Shown in pieces: positions 20,387 through 35,300 of a DNA stretch of 64,000 nucleotides. The number at the start of each line of letters is the position of its first letter. Within the stretch, counting starts at the first letter, position 1. This DNA comes from Lingula anatina (lineage: Eukaryota > Animalia > Brachiopoda): NCBI GenBank assembly GCA_051362555.1, contig JBPQGU010000016.1:3782001-3846000 (forward strand). The letters run 5' to 3'. The translations under genes were made by a program, and so were the position numbers. The notes beneath the pieces were generated by a model. The model was not told the origin of the DNA, did not search any database, and worked only from the letters and a program-made list of their open reading frames with translations.

Positions 20387-23300
20387 TTGGCCAGGTAGGG
20401 ATGAAAAATTTTTTTCTTCATTATAGTGTCAGGTAGGTGTGTTCGGTCATTTGTAGTAAGAATAAAGTGCTGGAAGAGTGGTGGTGTCAACATTAAGGAA
20501 GAAATAGAGCAAAAACTCTCTCTCCCCCCCCCCCCCCCTCTCAGATTCTGTTCTCAGAGCTTATTTTTGGATCATCTTTAAAGCTAGAATTGGGGGCCTT
20601 GATGAAGTGACCCGGGCGCGTTTACACATTTTTTATGAATGACAGGTGTGGTAGATTGATTTTCGTCACTTTTTGGAAAAATCGGAGACGGGTCGATTTT
20701 TGGTGATTTTGAGTGATTTTGAACAGTGCCGGCACTGTGAGATTTCTTCAATTTTGGCCAGGTAGGGATGAAAATTTTTTTTCTTCATTATAGTGTCAGG
20801 TAGGTGTGTTCGGTCATTTGTAGTAAGAATAAAGTGCTGGAAGAGTGGTGGTGTCAACATTAAGGAAGAAATAGAGCAAAAACTCTCTCTCCCCCCCCCC
20901 CCCCCTCTCAGATTCTGTTCTCAGAGCTTATTTTTGGATCATCTTTAAAGCTAGAATTGGGGGCCTTGATGAAGTGACCCGGGCGCGTTTACACATTTTT
21001 TATGAATGACAGGTGTGGTAGATTGATTTTCGTCACTTTTTGGAAAAATCGGAGACGGGTCGATTTTTGGTGATTTTGAGTGATTTTGAACAGTGCCGGC
21101 ACTGTGAGATTTCTTCAATTTTGGCCAGGTAGGGATGAAAATTTTTTTTCTTCATTATAGTGTCAGGTAGGTGTGTTCGGTCATTTGTAGTAAGAATAAA
21201 GTGCTGGAAGAGTGGTGGTGTCAACATTAAGGAAGAAATAAAGCAAAAACTCTCTCTCCCCCCCCCCCTCTCAGATTCTGTTCTCAGAGCTTATTTTTGG
21301 ATCATCTTTAAAGCTAGAATTGGGGGCCTTGATGAAGTGACCCGGGCGCGTTTACACATTTTTTATGAATGACAGGTGTGGTAGATTGATTTTCGTCACT
21401 TTTTGGAAAAATCGGAGACGGGTCGATTTTTGGTGATTTTGAGTGATTTTGAACAGTGCCGGCACTGTGAGATTTCTTCAATTTTGGCCAGGTAGGGATG
21501 AAAATTTTTTTTCTTCATTATAGTGTCAGGTAGGTGTGTTCGGTCATTTGTAGTAAGAATAAAGTGCTGGAAGAGTGGTGGTGTCAACATTAAGGAAGAA
21601 ATAGAGCAAAAACTCTCTCTCCCCCCCCCCCCCCCTCTCAGATTCTGTTCTCAGAGCTTATTTTTGGATCATCTTTAAAGCTAGAATTGGGGGCCTTGAT
21701 GAAGTGACCCGGGCGCGTTTACACATTTTTTATGAATGACAGGTGTGGTAGATTGATTTTCGTCACTTTTTGGAAAAATCGGAGACGGGTCGATTTTTGG
21801 TGATTTTGAGTGATTTTGAACAGTGCCGGCACTGTGAGATTTCTTCAATTTTGGCCAGGTAGGGATGAAAATTTTTTTTCTTCATTATAGTGTCAGGTAG
21901 GTGTGTTCGGTCATTTGTAGTAAGAATAAAGTGCTGGAAGAGTGGTGGTGTCAACATTAAGGAAGAAATAGAGCAAAAACTCTCTCTCCCCCCCCCCCCC
22001 CCCTCTCAGATTCTGTTCTCAGAGCTTATTTTTGGATCATCTTTAAAGCTAGAATTGGGGGCCTTGATGAAGTGACCCGGGCGCGTTTACACATTTTTTA
22101 TGAATGACAGGTGTGGTAGATTGATTTTCGTCACTTTTTGGAAAAATCGGAGACGGGTCGATTTTTGGTGATTTTGAGTGATTTTGAACAGTGCCGGCAC
22201 TGTGAGATTTCTTCAATTTTGGCCAGGTAGGGATGAAAATTTTTTTTCTTCATTATAGTGTCAGGTAGGTGTGTTCGGTCATTTGTAGTAAGAATAAAGT
22301 GCTGGAAGAGTGGTGGTGTCAACATTAAGGAAGAAATAAAGCAAAAACTCTCTCTCCCCCCCCCCCTCTCAGATTCTGTTCTCAGAGCTTATTTTTGGAT
22401 CATCTTTAAAGCTAGAATTGGGGGCCTTGATGAAGTGACCCGGGCGCGTTTACACATTTTTTATGAATGACAGGTGTGGTAGATTGATTTTCGTCACTTT
22501 TTGGAAAAATCGGAGACGGGTCGATTTTTGGTGATTTTGAGTGATTTTGAACAGTGCCGGCACTGTGAGATTTCTTCAATTTTGGCCAGGTAGGGATGAA
22601 AATTTTTTTTCTTCATTATAGTGTCAGGTAGGTGTGTTCGGTCATTTGTAGTAAGAATAAAGTGCTGGAAGAGTGGTGGTGTCAACATTAAGGAAGAAAT
22701 AGAGCAAAAACTCTCTCTCCCCCCCCCTCTCAGATTCTGTTCTCAGAGCTTATTTTTGGATCATCTTTAAAGCTAGAATTGGGGGCCTTGATGAAGTGAC
22801 CCGGGCGCGTTTACACATTTTTTATGAATGACAGGTGTGGTAGATTGATTTTCGTCACTTTTTGGAAAAATCGGAGACGGGTCGATTTTTGGTGATTTTG
22901 AGTGATTTTGAACAGTGCCGGCACTGTGAGATTTCTTCAATTTTGGCCAGGTAGGGATGAAAATTTTTTTTCTTCATTATAGTGTCAGGTAGGTGTGTTC
23001 GGTCATTTGTAGTAAGAATAAAGTGCTGGAAGAGTGGTGGTGTCAACATTAAGGAAGAAATAGAGCAAAAACTCTCTCTCCCCCCCCCCTCTCAGATTCT
23101 GTTCTCAGAGCTTATTTTTGGATCATCTTTAAAGCTAGAATTGGGGGCCTTGATGAAGTGACCCGGGCGCGTTTACACATTTTTTATGAATGACAGGTGT
23201 GGTAGATTGATTTTCGTCACTTTTTGGAAAAATCGGAGACGGGTCGATTTTTGGTGATTTTGAGTGATTTTGAACAGTGCCGGCACTGTGAGATTTCTTC

Positions 23301-26300
23301 AATTTTGGCCAGGTAGGGATGAAATTTTTTTTTCTTCATTATAGTGTCAGGTAGGTGTGTTCGGTCATTTGTAGTAAGAATAAAGTGCTGGAAGAGTGGT
23401 GGTGTCAACATTAAGGAAGAAATAAAGCAAAAACTCTCTCTCCCCCCCCCCTCTCAGATTCTGTTCTCAGAGCTTATTTTTGGATCATCTTTAAAGCTAG
23501 AATTGGGGGCCTTGATGAAGTGACCCGGGCGCGTTTACACATTTTTTATGAATGACAGGTGTGGTAGATTGATTTTCGTCACTTTTTGGAAAAATCGGAG
23601 ACGGGTCGATTTTTGGTGATTTTGAGTGATTTTGAACAGTGCCGGCACTGTGAGATTTCTTCAATTTTGGCCAGGTAGGGATGAAAATTTTTTTTCTTCA
23701 TTATAGTGTCAGGTAGGTGTGTTCGGTCATTTGTAGTAAGAATAAAGTGCTGGAAGAGTGGTGGTGTCAACATTAAGGAAGAAATAGAGCAAAAACTCTC
23801 TCTCCCCCCCCCCCTCTCAGATTCTGTTCTCAGAGCTTATTTTTGGATCATCTTTAAAGCTAGAATTGGGGGCCTTGATGGAGTGACCCGGGCGCGTTTA
23901 CACATTTTTTATGAATGACAGGTGTGGTAGATTGATTTTCGTCACTTTTTGGAAAAATCGGAGACGGGTCGATTTTTGGTGATTTTGAGTGATTTTGAAC
24001 AGTGCCGGCACTGTGAGATTTCTTCAATTTTGGCCAGGTAGGGATGAAAATTTTTTTTCTTCATTATAGTGTCAGGTAGGTGTGTTCGGTCATTTGTAGT
24101 AAGAATAAAGTGCTGGAAGAGTGGTGGTGTCAACATTAAGGAAGAAATAAAGCAAAAACTCTCTCTCCCCCCCCCCCCCCTCTCAGATTCTGTTCTCAGA
24201 GCTTATTTTTGGATCATCTTTAAAGCTAGAATTGGGGGCCTTGATGAAGTGACCCGGGCGCGTTTACACATTTTTTATGAATGACAGGTGTGGTAGATTG
24301 ATTTTCGTCACTTTTTGGAAAAATCGGAGACGGGTCGATTTTTGGTGATTTTGAGTGATTTTGAACAGTGCCGGCACTGTGAGATTTCTTCAATTTTGGC
24401 CAGGTAGGGATGAAAATTTTTTTTCTTCATTATAGTGTCAGGTAGGTGTGTTCGGTCATTTGTAGTAAGAATAAAGTGCTGGAAGAGTGGTGGTGTCAAC
24501 ATTAAGGAAGAAATAGAGCAAAAACTCTCTCTCCCCCCCCCCCTCTCAGATTCTGTTCTCAGAGCTTATTTTTGGATCATCTTTAAAGCTAGAATTGGGG
24601 GCCTTGATGAAGTGACCCGGGCGCGTTTACACATTTTTTATGAATGACAGGTGTGGTAGATTGATTTTCGTCACTTTTTGGAAAAATCGGAGACGGGTCG
24701 ATTTTTGGTGATTTTGAGTGATTTTGAACAGTGCCGGCACTGTGAGATTTCTTCAATTTTGGCCAGGTAGGGATGAAATTTTTTTTTCTTCATTATAGTG
24801 TCAGGTAGGTGTGTTCGGTCATTTGTAGTAAGAATAAAGTGCTGGAAGAGTGGTGGTGTCAACATTAAGGAAGAAATAAAGCAAAAACTCTCTCTCCCCC
24901 CCCCCCTCTCAGATTCTGTTCTCAGAGCTTATTTTTGGATCATCTTTAAAGCTAGAATTGGGGGCCTTGATGAAGTGACCCGGGCGCGTTTACACATTTT
25001 TTATGAATGACAGGTGTGGTAGATTGATTTTCGTCACTTTTTGGAAAAATCGGAGACGGGTCGATTTTTGGTGATTTTGAGTGATTTTGAACAGTGCCGG
25101 CACTGTGAGATTTCTTCAATTTTGGCCAGGTAGGGATGAAAATTTTTTTTCTTCATTATAGTGTCAGGTAGGTGTGTTCGGTCATTTGTAGTAAGAATAA
25201 AGTGCTGGAAGAGTGGTGGTGTCAACATTAAGGAAGAAATAGAGCAAAAACTCTCTCTCCCCCCCCCCCCCCTCTCAGATTCTGTTCTCAGAGCTTATTT
25301 TTGGATCATCTTTAAAGCTAGAATTGGGGGCCTTGATGGAGTGACCCGGGCGCGTTTACACATTTTTTATGAATGACAGGTGTGGTAGATTGATTTTCGT
25401 CACTTTTTGGAAAAATCGGAGACGGGTCGATTTTTGGTGATTTTGAGTGATTTTGAACAGTGCCGGCACTGTGAGATTTCTTCAATTTTGGCCAGGTAGG
25501 GATGAAAATTTTTTTTCTTCATTATAGTGTCAGGTAGGTGTGTTCGGTCATTTGTAGTAAGAATAAAGTGCTGGAAGAGTGGTGGTGTCAACATTAAGGA
25601 AGAAATAAAGCAAAAACTCTCTCTCCCCCCCCCCCCCTCTCAGATTCTGTTCTCAGAGCTTATTTTTGGATCATCTTTAAAGCTAGAATTGGGGGCCTTG
25701 ATGAAGTGACCCGGGCGCGTTTACACATTTTTTATGAATGACAGGTGTGGTAGATTGATTTTCGTCACTTTTTGGAAAAATCGGAGACGGGTCGATTTTT
25801 GGTGATTTTGAGTGATTTTGAACAGTGCCGGCACTGTGAGATTTCTTCAATTTTGGCCAGGTAGGGATGAAAATTTTTTTTCTTCATTATAGTGTCAGGT
25901 AGGTGTGTTCGGTCATTTGTAGTAAGAATAAAGTGCTGGAAGAGTGGTGGTGTCAACATTAAGGAAGAAATAGAGCAAAAACTCTCTCTCCCCCCCCCCC
26001 CCCTCTCAGATTCTGTTCTCAGAGCTTATTTTTGGATCATCTTTAAAGCTAGAATTGGGGGCCTTGATGAAGTGACCCGGGCGCGTTTACACATTTTTTA
26101 TGAATGACAGGTGTGGTAGATTGATTTTCGTCACTTTTTGGAAAAATCGGAGACGGGTCGATTTTTGGTGATTTTGAGTGATTTTGAACAGTGCCGGCAC
26201 TGTGAGATTTCTTCAATTTTGGTTTCTTCATTATAGTATCAGGTAGGTGTGTTCGGTCATTTGTAGTAAGAATAAAGTGCTGGAAGAGTGGTGGTGTCAA

Positions 26301-29300
26301 CATTAAGGAAGAAATAGAGCAAAAACTCTCTCTGCCCCCCCCCTCTCAGATTCTGTTCTCAGAGCTTATTTTTGGATCATCTTTAAAGCTAGAATTGGGG
26401 GCCTTGATGAAGTGACCCGGGCGCGTTTCCACATTTTTTATGAATGACAGGTGTGGTAGATTGATTTTCCTCACTTTTTGGAAAAATCGGAGACGGGTCG
26501 ATTTTTGGTGATTTTGAGTGATTTTGAACAGTGCCGGCACTGTGAGATTTCTTCAATTTTGGCCAGGTAGGGATGAAAATTTTTTTTCTTCATTATAGTG
26601 TCAGGTAGGTGTGTTCGGTCATTTGTAGTAAGAATAAAGTGCTGGAAGAGTGGTGGTGTCAACATTAAGGAAGAAATAGAGCAAAAACTCTCTCTCCCCC
26701 CCCCCCCCCCCTCTCAGATTCTGTTCTCAGAGCTTATTTTTGGATCATCTTTAAAGCTAGAATTGGGGGCCTTGATGAAGTGACCCGGGCGCGTTTCCAC
26801 ATTTTTTATGAATGACAGGTGTGGTAGATTGATTTTCCTCACTTTTTGGAAAAATCGGAGACGGGTCGATTTTTGGTGATTTTGAGTGATTTTGAACAGT
26901 GCCGGCACTGTGAGATTTCTTCAATTTTGGCCAGGTAGGGATGAAAATTTTTTTTCTTCATTATAGTATCAGGTAGGTGTGTTCGGTCATTTGTAGTAAG
27001 AATAAAGTGCTGGAAGAGTGGTGGTGTCAACATTAAGGAAGAAATAGAGCAAAAACTCTCTCTCCCCCCCCCCCCCCTCTCAGATTCTGTTCTCAGAGCT
27101 TATTTTTGGATCATCTTTAAAGATAGAATTGGGGGCCTTGATGAAGTGACCCGGGCGCGTTTCCACATTTTTTATGAATGACAGGTGTGGTAGATTGATT
27201 TTCCTCACTTTTTGGAAAAATCGGAGACGGGTCGATTTTTGGTGATTTTGAGTGATTTTGAACAGTGCCGGCACTGTGAGATTTCTTCAATTTTGGCCAG
27301 GTAGGGATGAAAATTTTTTTTCTTCATTATAGTGTCAGGTAGGTGTGTTCGGTCATTTGTAGTAAGAATAAAGTGCTGGAAGAGTGGTGGTGTCAACATT
27401 AAGGAAGAAATAGAGCAAAAACTCTCTCTCCCCCCCCCCCCCCTCTCAGATTCTGTTCTCAGAGCTTATTTTTGGATCATCTTTAAAGCTAGAATTGGGG
27501 GCCTTGATGAAGTGACCCGGGCGCGTTTCCACATTTTTTATGAATGACAGGTGTGGTAGATTGATTTTCCTCACTTTTTGGAAAAATCGGAGACTTGTCG
27601 ATTTTTGGTGATTTTGAGTGATTTTGAACAGTGCCGGCACTGTGAGATTTCTTCAATTTTGGCCAGGTAGGGATGAAAATTTTTTTTCTTCATTATAGTG
27701 TCAGGTAGGTGTGTTCGGTCATTTGTAGTAAGAATAAAGTGCTGGAAGAGTGGTGGTGTCAACATTAAGGAAGAAATAGAGCAAAAACTCTCTCTCCCCC
27801 CCCCCTCTCAGATTCTGTTCTCAGAGCTTATTTTTGGATCATCTTTAAAGCTAGAATTGGGGGCCTTGATGAAGTGACCCGGGCGCGTTTCCACATTTTT
27901 TATGAATGACAGGTGTGGTAGATTGATTTTCCTCACTTTTTGGAAAAATCGGAGACGGGTCGATTTTTGGTGATTTTGAGTGATTTTGAACAGTGCCGGC
28001 ACTGTGAGATTTCTTCAATTTTGGCCAGGTAGGGATGAAAATTTTTTTTCTTCATTATAGTGTCAGGTAGGTGTGTTCGGTCATTTGTAGTAAGAATAAA
28101 GTGCTGGAAGAGTGGTGGTGTCAACATTAAGGAAGAAATAGAGCAAAAACTCTCTCTCCCCCCCCCTCTCAGATTCTGTTCTCAGAGCTTATTTTTGGAT
28201 CATCTTTAAAGCTAGAATTGGGGGCCTTGATGAAGTGACCCGGGCGCGTTTCCACATTTTTTATGAATGACAGGTGTGGTAGATTGATTTTCCTCACTTT
28301 TTGGAAAAATCGGAGACGGGTCGATTTTTGGTGATTTTGAGTGATTTTGAACAGTGCCGGCACTGTGAGATTTCTTCAATTTTGGCCAGGTAGGGATGAA
28401 AATTTATTTTCTTCATTATAGTGTCAGGTAGGTGTGTTCGGTCATTTGTAGTAAGAATAAAGTGCTGGAAGAGTGGTGGTGTCAACATTAAGGAAGAAAT
28501 AGAGCAAAAACTCTCTCTCCCCCCCCCCTCTCAGATTCTGTTCTCAGAGCTTATTTTTGGATCATCTTTAAAGCTAGAATTGGGGGCCTTGATGAAGTGA
28601 CCCGGGCGCGTTTCCACATTTTTTATGAATGACAGGTGTGGTAGATTGATTTTCCTCACTTTTTGGAAAAATCGGAGACGGGTCGATTTTTGGTGATTTT
28701 GAGTGATTTTGAACAGTGCCGGCACTGTGAGATTTCTTCAATTTTGGCCAGGTAGGGATGAAAATTTTTTTTCTTCATTATAGTGTCAGGTAGGTGTGTT
28801 CGGTCATTTGTAGTAAGAATAAAGTGCTGGAAGAGTGGTGGTGTCAACATTAAGGAAGAAATAGAGCAAAAACTCTCTCTCCCCCCCCCCTCTCAGATTC
28901 TGTTCTCAGAGCTTATTTTTGGATCATCTTTAAAGCTAGAATTGGGGGCCTTGATGAAGTGACCCGGGCGCGTTTCCACATTTTTTATGAATGACAGGTG
29001 TGGTAGATTGATTTTCCTCACTTTTTGGAAAAATCGGAGACGGGTCGATTTTTGGTGATTTTGAGTGATTTTGAACAGTGCCGGCACTGTGAGATTTCTT
29101 CAATTTTGGCCAGGTAGGGATGAAAATTTTTTTTCTTCATTATAGTGTCAGGTAGGTGTGTTCGGTCATTTGTAGTAAGAATAAAGTGCTGGAAGAGTGG
29201 TGGTGTCAACATTAAGGAAGAAATAGAGCAAAAACTCTCTCTCCCCCCCCCCCTCTCAGATTCTGTTCTCAGAGCTTATTTTTGGATCATCTTTAAAGCT

Positions 29301-32300
29301 AGAATTGGGGGCCTTGATGAAGTGACCCGGGCGCGTTTCCACATTTTTTATGAATGACAGGTGTGGTAGATTGATTTTCCTCACTTTTTGGAAAAATCGG
29401 AGACGGGTCGATTTTTGGTGATTTTGAGTGATTTTGAACAGTGCCGGCACTGTGAGATTTCTTCAATTTTGGCCAGGTAGGGATGAAAATTTTTTTCTTC
29501 ATTATAGTGTCAGGTAGGTGTGTTCGGTCATTTGTAGTAAGAATAAAGTGCTGGAAGAGTGGTGGTGTCAACATTAAGGAAGAAATAGAGCAAAAACTCT
29601 CTCTCCCCCCCCCCCCTCTCAGATTCTGTTCTCAGAGCTTATTTTTGGATCATCTTTAAAGCTAGAATTGGGGGCCTTGATGAAGTGACCCGGGTGCGTT
29701 TCCACATTTTTTATGAATGACAGGTGTGGTAGATTGATTTTCGCTCACTTTTTGGAAAAATCGGAGACGGGTCGATTTTTGGTGATTTTGAGTGATTTTG
29801 AACAGTGCCGGCACTGTGAGATTTCTTCAATTTTGGCCAGGTAGGGATGAAAAATTTTTTTCTTCATTATAGTGTCAGGTAGGTGTGTTCGGTCATTTGT
29901 AGTAAGAATAAAGTGCTGGAAGAGTGGTGGTGTCAACATTAAGGAAGAAATAGAGCAAAAACTCTCTCTCCCCCCCCCCCTATCAGATTCTGTTCTCAGA
30001 GCTTATTTTTGGATCATCTTTAAAGCTAGAATTGGGGGCCTTGATGAAGTGACCCGGGCGCGTTTCCACATTTTTTATGAATGACAGGTGTGGTAGATTG
30101 ATTTTCCTCACTTTTTGGAAAAATCGGAGACGGGTCGATTTTTGGTGATTTTGAGTGATTTTGAACAGTGCCGGCACTGTGAGATTTCTTCAATTTTGGC
30201 CAGGTAGGGATGAAAATTTTTTTTCTTCATTATAGTGTCAGGTAGGTGTGTTCGGTCATTTGTAGTAAGAATAAAGTGCTGGAAGAGTGGTGGTGTCAAC
30301 ATTAAGGAAGAAATAGAGCAAAAACTCTCTCTCCCCCCCCCCTCTCAGATTCTGTTCTCAGAGCTTATTTTTGGATCATCTTTAAAGCTAGAATTGGGGG
30401 CCTTGATGAAGTGACCCGGGCGCGTTTCCACATTTTTTATGAATGACAGGTGTGGTAGATTGATTTTCCTCACTTTTTGGAAAAATCGGAGACGGGTCGA
30501 TTTTTGGTGATTTTGAGTGATTTTGAACAGTGCCTGGCACTGTGAGATTTCTTCAATTTTGGCCAGGTAGGGATGAAAATTTATTTTCTTCATTATAGTG
30601 TCAGGTAGGTGTGTTCGGTCATTTGTAGTAAGAATAAAGTGCTGGAAGAGTGGTTGGTGTCAACATTAAGGAAGAAATAGAGCAAAAACTCTCTCTCCCC
30701 TCTCAGATTCTGTTCTCAGAGCTTATTTTTGGATCATCTTTAAAGCTAGAATTGGGGGCCTTGATGAAGTGACCCGGGCGCGTTTCCACATTTTTTATGA
30801 ATGACAGGTGTGGTAGATTGATTTTCCTCACTTTTTGGAAAAATCGGAGACGGGTCGATTTTTGGTGATTTTGAGTGATTTTGAACAGTGCCGGCACTGT
30901 GAGATTTCTTCAATTTTGGCCAGGTAGGGATGAAAATTTTTTTTCTTCATTATAGTGTCAGGTAGGTGTGTTCGGTCATTTGTAGTAAGAATAAAGTGCT
31001 GGAAGAGTGGTGGTGTCAACATTAAGGAAGAAATAGAGCAAAAACTCTCTCTCCCCCCCCCCCTCTCAGATTCTGTTCTCAGAGCTTATTTTTGGATCAT
31101 CTTTAAAGCTAGAATTGGGGGCCTTGATGAAGTGACCCGGGCGCGTTTCCACATTTTTTATGAATGACAGGTGTGGTAGATTGATTTTCCTCACTTTTTG
31201 GAAAAATCGGAGACGGGTCGATTTTTGGTGATTTTGAGTGATTTTGAACAGTGCCGGCACTGTGAGATTTCTTCAATTTTGGCCAGGTAGGGATGAAAAT
31301 TTTTTTTCTTCATTATAGTGTCAGGTAGGTGTGTTCGGTCATTTGTAGTAAGAATAAAGTGCTGGAAGAGTGGTGGTGTCAACATTAAGGAAGAAATAGA
31401 GCAAAAACTCTCTCTCCCCCCCCCCCTCTCAGATTCTGTTCTCAGAGCTTATTTTTGGATCATCTTTAAAGCTAGAATTGGGGGCCTTGATGAAGTGACC
31501 CGGGCGCGTTTCCACATTTTTTATGAATGACAGGTGTGGTAGATTGATTTTCCTCACTTTTTGGAAAAATCGGAGACGGGTCGATTTTTGGTGATTTTGA
31601 GTGATTTTGAACAGTGCCGGCACTGTGAGATTTCTTCAATTTTGGCCAGGTAGGGATGAAAATTTTTTTTCTTCATTATAGTGTCAGGTAGGTGTGTTCG
31701 GTCATTTGTAGTAAGAATAAAGTGCTGGAAGAGTGGTGGTGTCAACATTAAGGAAGAAATAGAGCAAAAACTCTCTCTCCCCCCCCCCCTCTCAGATTCT
31801 GTTCTCAGAGCTTATTTTTGGATCATCTTTAAAGCTAGAATTGGGGGCCTTGATGAAGTGACCCGGGCGCGTTTCCACATTTTTTATGAATGACAGGTGT
31901 GGTAGATTGATTTTCCTCACTTTTTGGAAAAATCGGAGACGGGTCGATTTTTGGTGATTTTGAGTGATTTTGAACAGTGCCGGCACTGTGAGATTTCTTC
32001 AATTTTGGCCAGGTAGGGATGAAAATTTTTTTTCTTCATTATAGTGTCAGGTAGGTGTGTTCGGTCATTTGTAGTAAGAATAAAGTGCTGGAAGAGTGGT
32101 GGTGTCAACATTAAGGAAGAAATAGAGCAAAAACTCTCTCTCCCCCCCCCCCTCTCAGATTCTGTTCTCAGAGCTTATTTTTGGATCATCTTTAAAGCTA
32201 GAATTGGGGGCCTTGATGAAGTGACCCGGGCGCGTTTCCACATTTTTTATGAATGACAGGTGTGGTAGATTGATTTTCCTCACTTTTTGGAAAAATCGGA

Positions 32301-35300
32301 GACGGGTCGATTTTTGGTGATTTTGAGTGATTTTGAACAGTGCCGGCACTGTGAGATTTCTTCAATTTTGGCCAGGTAGGGATGAAAATTTTTTTTCTTC
32401 ATTATAGTGTCAGGTAGGTGTGTTCGGTCATTTGTAGTAAGAATAAAGTGCTGGAAGAGTGGTGGTGTCAACATTAAGGAAGAAATAGAGCAAAAACTCT
32501 CTCTCCCCCCCCCCCTCTCAGATTCTGTTCTCAGAGCTTATTTTTGGATCATCTTTAAAGCTAGAATTGGGGGCCTTGATGAAGTGACCCGGGCGCGTTT
32601 CCACATTTTTTATGAATGACAGGTGTGGTAGATTGATTTTCCTCACTTTTTGGAAAAATCGGAGACGGGTCGATTTTTGGTGATTTTGAGTGATTTTGAA
32701 CAGTGCCGGCACTGTGAGATTTCTTCAATTTTGGCCAGGTAGGGATGAAAATTTTTTTTCTTCATTATAGTGTCAGGTAGGTGTGTTCGGTCATTTGTAG
32801 TAAGAATAAAGTGCTGGAAGAGTGGTGGTGTCAACATTAAGGAAGAAATAGAGCAAAAACTCTCTCTCCCCCCCCCCCCTCTCAGATTCTGTTCTCAGAG
32901 CTTATTTTTGGATCATCTTTAAAGCTAGAATTGGGGGCCTTGATGAAGTGACCCGGGCGCGTTTCCACATTTTTTATGAATGACAGGTGTGGTAGATTGA
33001 TTTTCCTCACTTTTTGGAAAAATCGGAGACGGGTCGATTTTTGGTGATTTTGAGTGATTTTGAACAGTGCCGGCACTGTGAGATTTCTTCAATTTTGGCC
33101 AGGTAGGGATGAAAATTTTTTTTCTTCATTATAGTGTCAGGTAGGTGTGTTCGGTCATTTGTAGTAAGAATAAAGTGCTGGAAGAGTGGTGGTGTCAACA
33201 TTAAGGAAGAAATAGAGCAAAAACTCTCTCTCCCCCCCCCCCTCTCAGATTCTGTTCTCAGAGCTTATTTTTGGATCATCTTTAAAGCTAGAATTGGGGG
33301 CCTTGATGAAGTGACCCGGGCGCGTTTCCACATTTTTTATGAATGACAGGTGTGGTAGATTGATTTTCCTCACTTTTTGGAAAAATCGGAGACGGGTCGA
33401 TTTTTGGTGATTTTGAGTGATTTTGAACAGTGCCGGCACTGTGAGATTTCTTCAATTTTGGCCAGGTAGGGATGAAAATTTTTTTTCTTCATTATAGTGT
33501 CAGGTAGGTGTGTTCGGTCATTTGTAGTAAGAATAAAGTGCTGGAAGAGTGGTGGTGTCAACATTAAGGAAGAAATAGAGCAAAAACTCTCTCTCCCCCC
33601 CCCCCTCTCAGATTCTGTTCTCAGAGCTTATTTTTGGATCATCTTTAAAGCTAGAATTGGGGGCCTTGATGAAGTGACCCGGGTGCGTTTCCACATTTTT
33701 TATGAATGACAGGTGTGGTAGATTGATTTTCCTCACTTTTTGGAAAAATCGGAGACGGGTCGATTTTTGGTGATTTTGAGTGATTTTGAACAGTGCCGGC
33801 ACTGTGAGATTTCTTCAATTTTGGCCAGGTAGGGATGAAAATTTTTTTTCTTCATTATAGTGTCAGGTAGGTGTGTTCGGTCATTTGTAGTAAGAATAAA
33901 GTGCTGGAAGAGTGGTGGTGTCAACATTAAGGAAGAAATAGAGCAAAAACTCTCTCTCCCCCCCCCCTCTCAGATTCTGTTCTCAGAGCTTATTTTTGGA
34001 TCATCTTTAAAGCTAGAATTGGGGGCCTTGATGAAGTGACCCGGGCGCGTTTCCACATTTTTTATGAATGACAGGTGTGGTAGATTGATTTTCCTCACTT
34101 TTTGGAAAAATCGGAGACGGGTCGATTTTTGGTGATTTTGAGTGATTTTGAACAGTGCCGGCACTGTGAGATTTCTTCAATTTTGGCCAGGTAGGGATGA
34201 AAATTTTTTTTCTTCATTATAGTGTCAGGTAGGTGTGTTCGGTCATTTGTAGTAAGAATAAAGTGCTGGAAGAGTGGTGGTGTCAACATTAAGGAAGAAA
34301 TAGAGCAAAAACTCTCTCTCCCCCCCCCCTCTCAGATTCTGTTCTCAGAGCTTATTTTTGGATCATCTTTAAAGCTAGAATTGGGGGCCTTGATGAAGTG
34401 ACCCGGGCGCGTTTCCACATTTTTTATGAATGACAGGTGTGGTAGATTGATTTTCCTCACTTTTTGGAAAAATCGGAGACGGGTCGATTTTTGGTGATTT
34501 TGAGTGATTTTGAACAGTGCCGGCACTGTGAGATTTCTTCAATTTTGGCCAGGTAGGGATGAAAATTTTTTTTCTTCATTATAGTGTCAGGTAGGTGTGT
34601 TCGGTCATTTGTAGTAAGAATAAAGTGCTGGAAGAGTGGTGGTGTCAACATTAAGGAAGAAATAGAGCAAAAACTCTCTCTCCCCCCCCCTCTCAGATTC
34701 TGTTCTCAGAGCTTATTTTTGGATCATCTTTAAAGCTAGAATTGGGGGCCTTGATGAAGTGACCCGGGCGCGTTTCCACATTTTTTATGAATGACAGGTG
34801 TGGTAGATTGATTTTCCTCACTTTTTGGAAAAATCGGAGACGGGTCGATTTTTGGTGATTTTGAGTGATTTTGAACAGTGCTGGCACTGTGAGATTTCTT
34901 CAATTTTGGCCAGGTAGGGATGAAAATTTATTTTCTTCATTATAGTGTCAGGTAGGTGTGTTCGGTCATTTGTAGTAAGAATAAAGTGCTGGAAGAGTGG
35001 TGGTGTCAACATTAAGGAAGAAATAGAGCAAAAACTCTCTCTCCCCCCCCCTCTCAGATTCTGTTCTCAGAGCTTATTTTTGGATCATCTTTAAAGCTAG
35101 AATTGGGGGCCTTGATGAAGTGACCCGGGCGCGTTTCCACATTTTTTATGAATGACAGGTGTGGTAGATTGATTTTCCTCACTTTTTGGAAAAATCGGAG
35201 ACGGGTCGATTTTTGGTGATTTTGAGTGATTTTGAACAGTGCCGGCACTGTGAGATTTCTTCAATTTTGGCCAGGTAGGGATGAAAATTTTTTTTCTTCA

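Noticed and set aside
29480-30705. Cluster of single-base indels and a very short poly-C tract in satellite monomers
   Set aside because: Private 1-bp indels in a homogeneous array may be consensus or read errors; not interpretable without reads.
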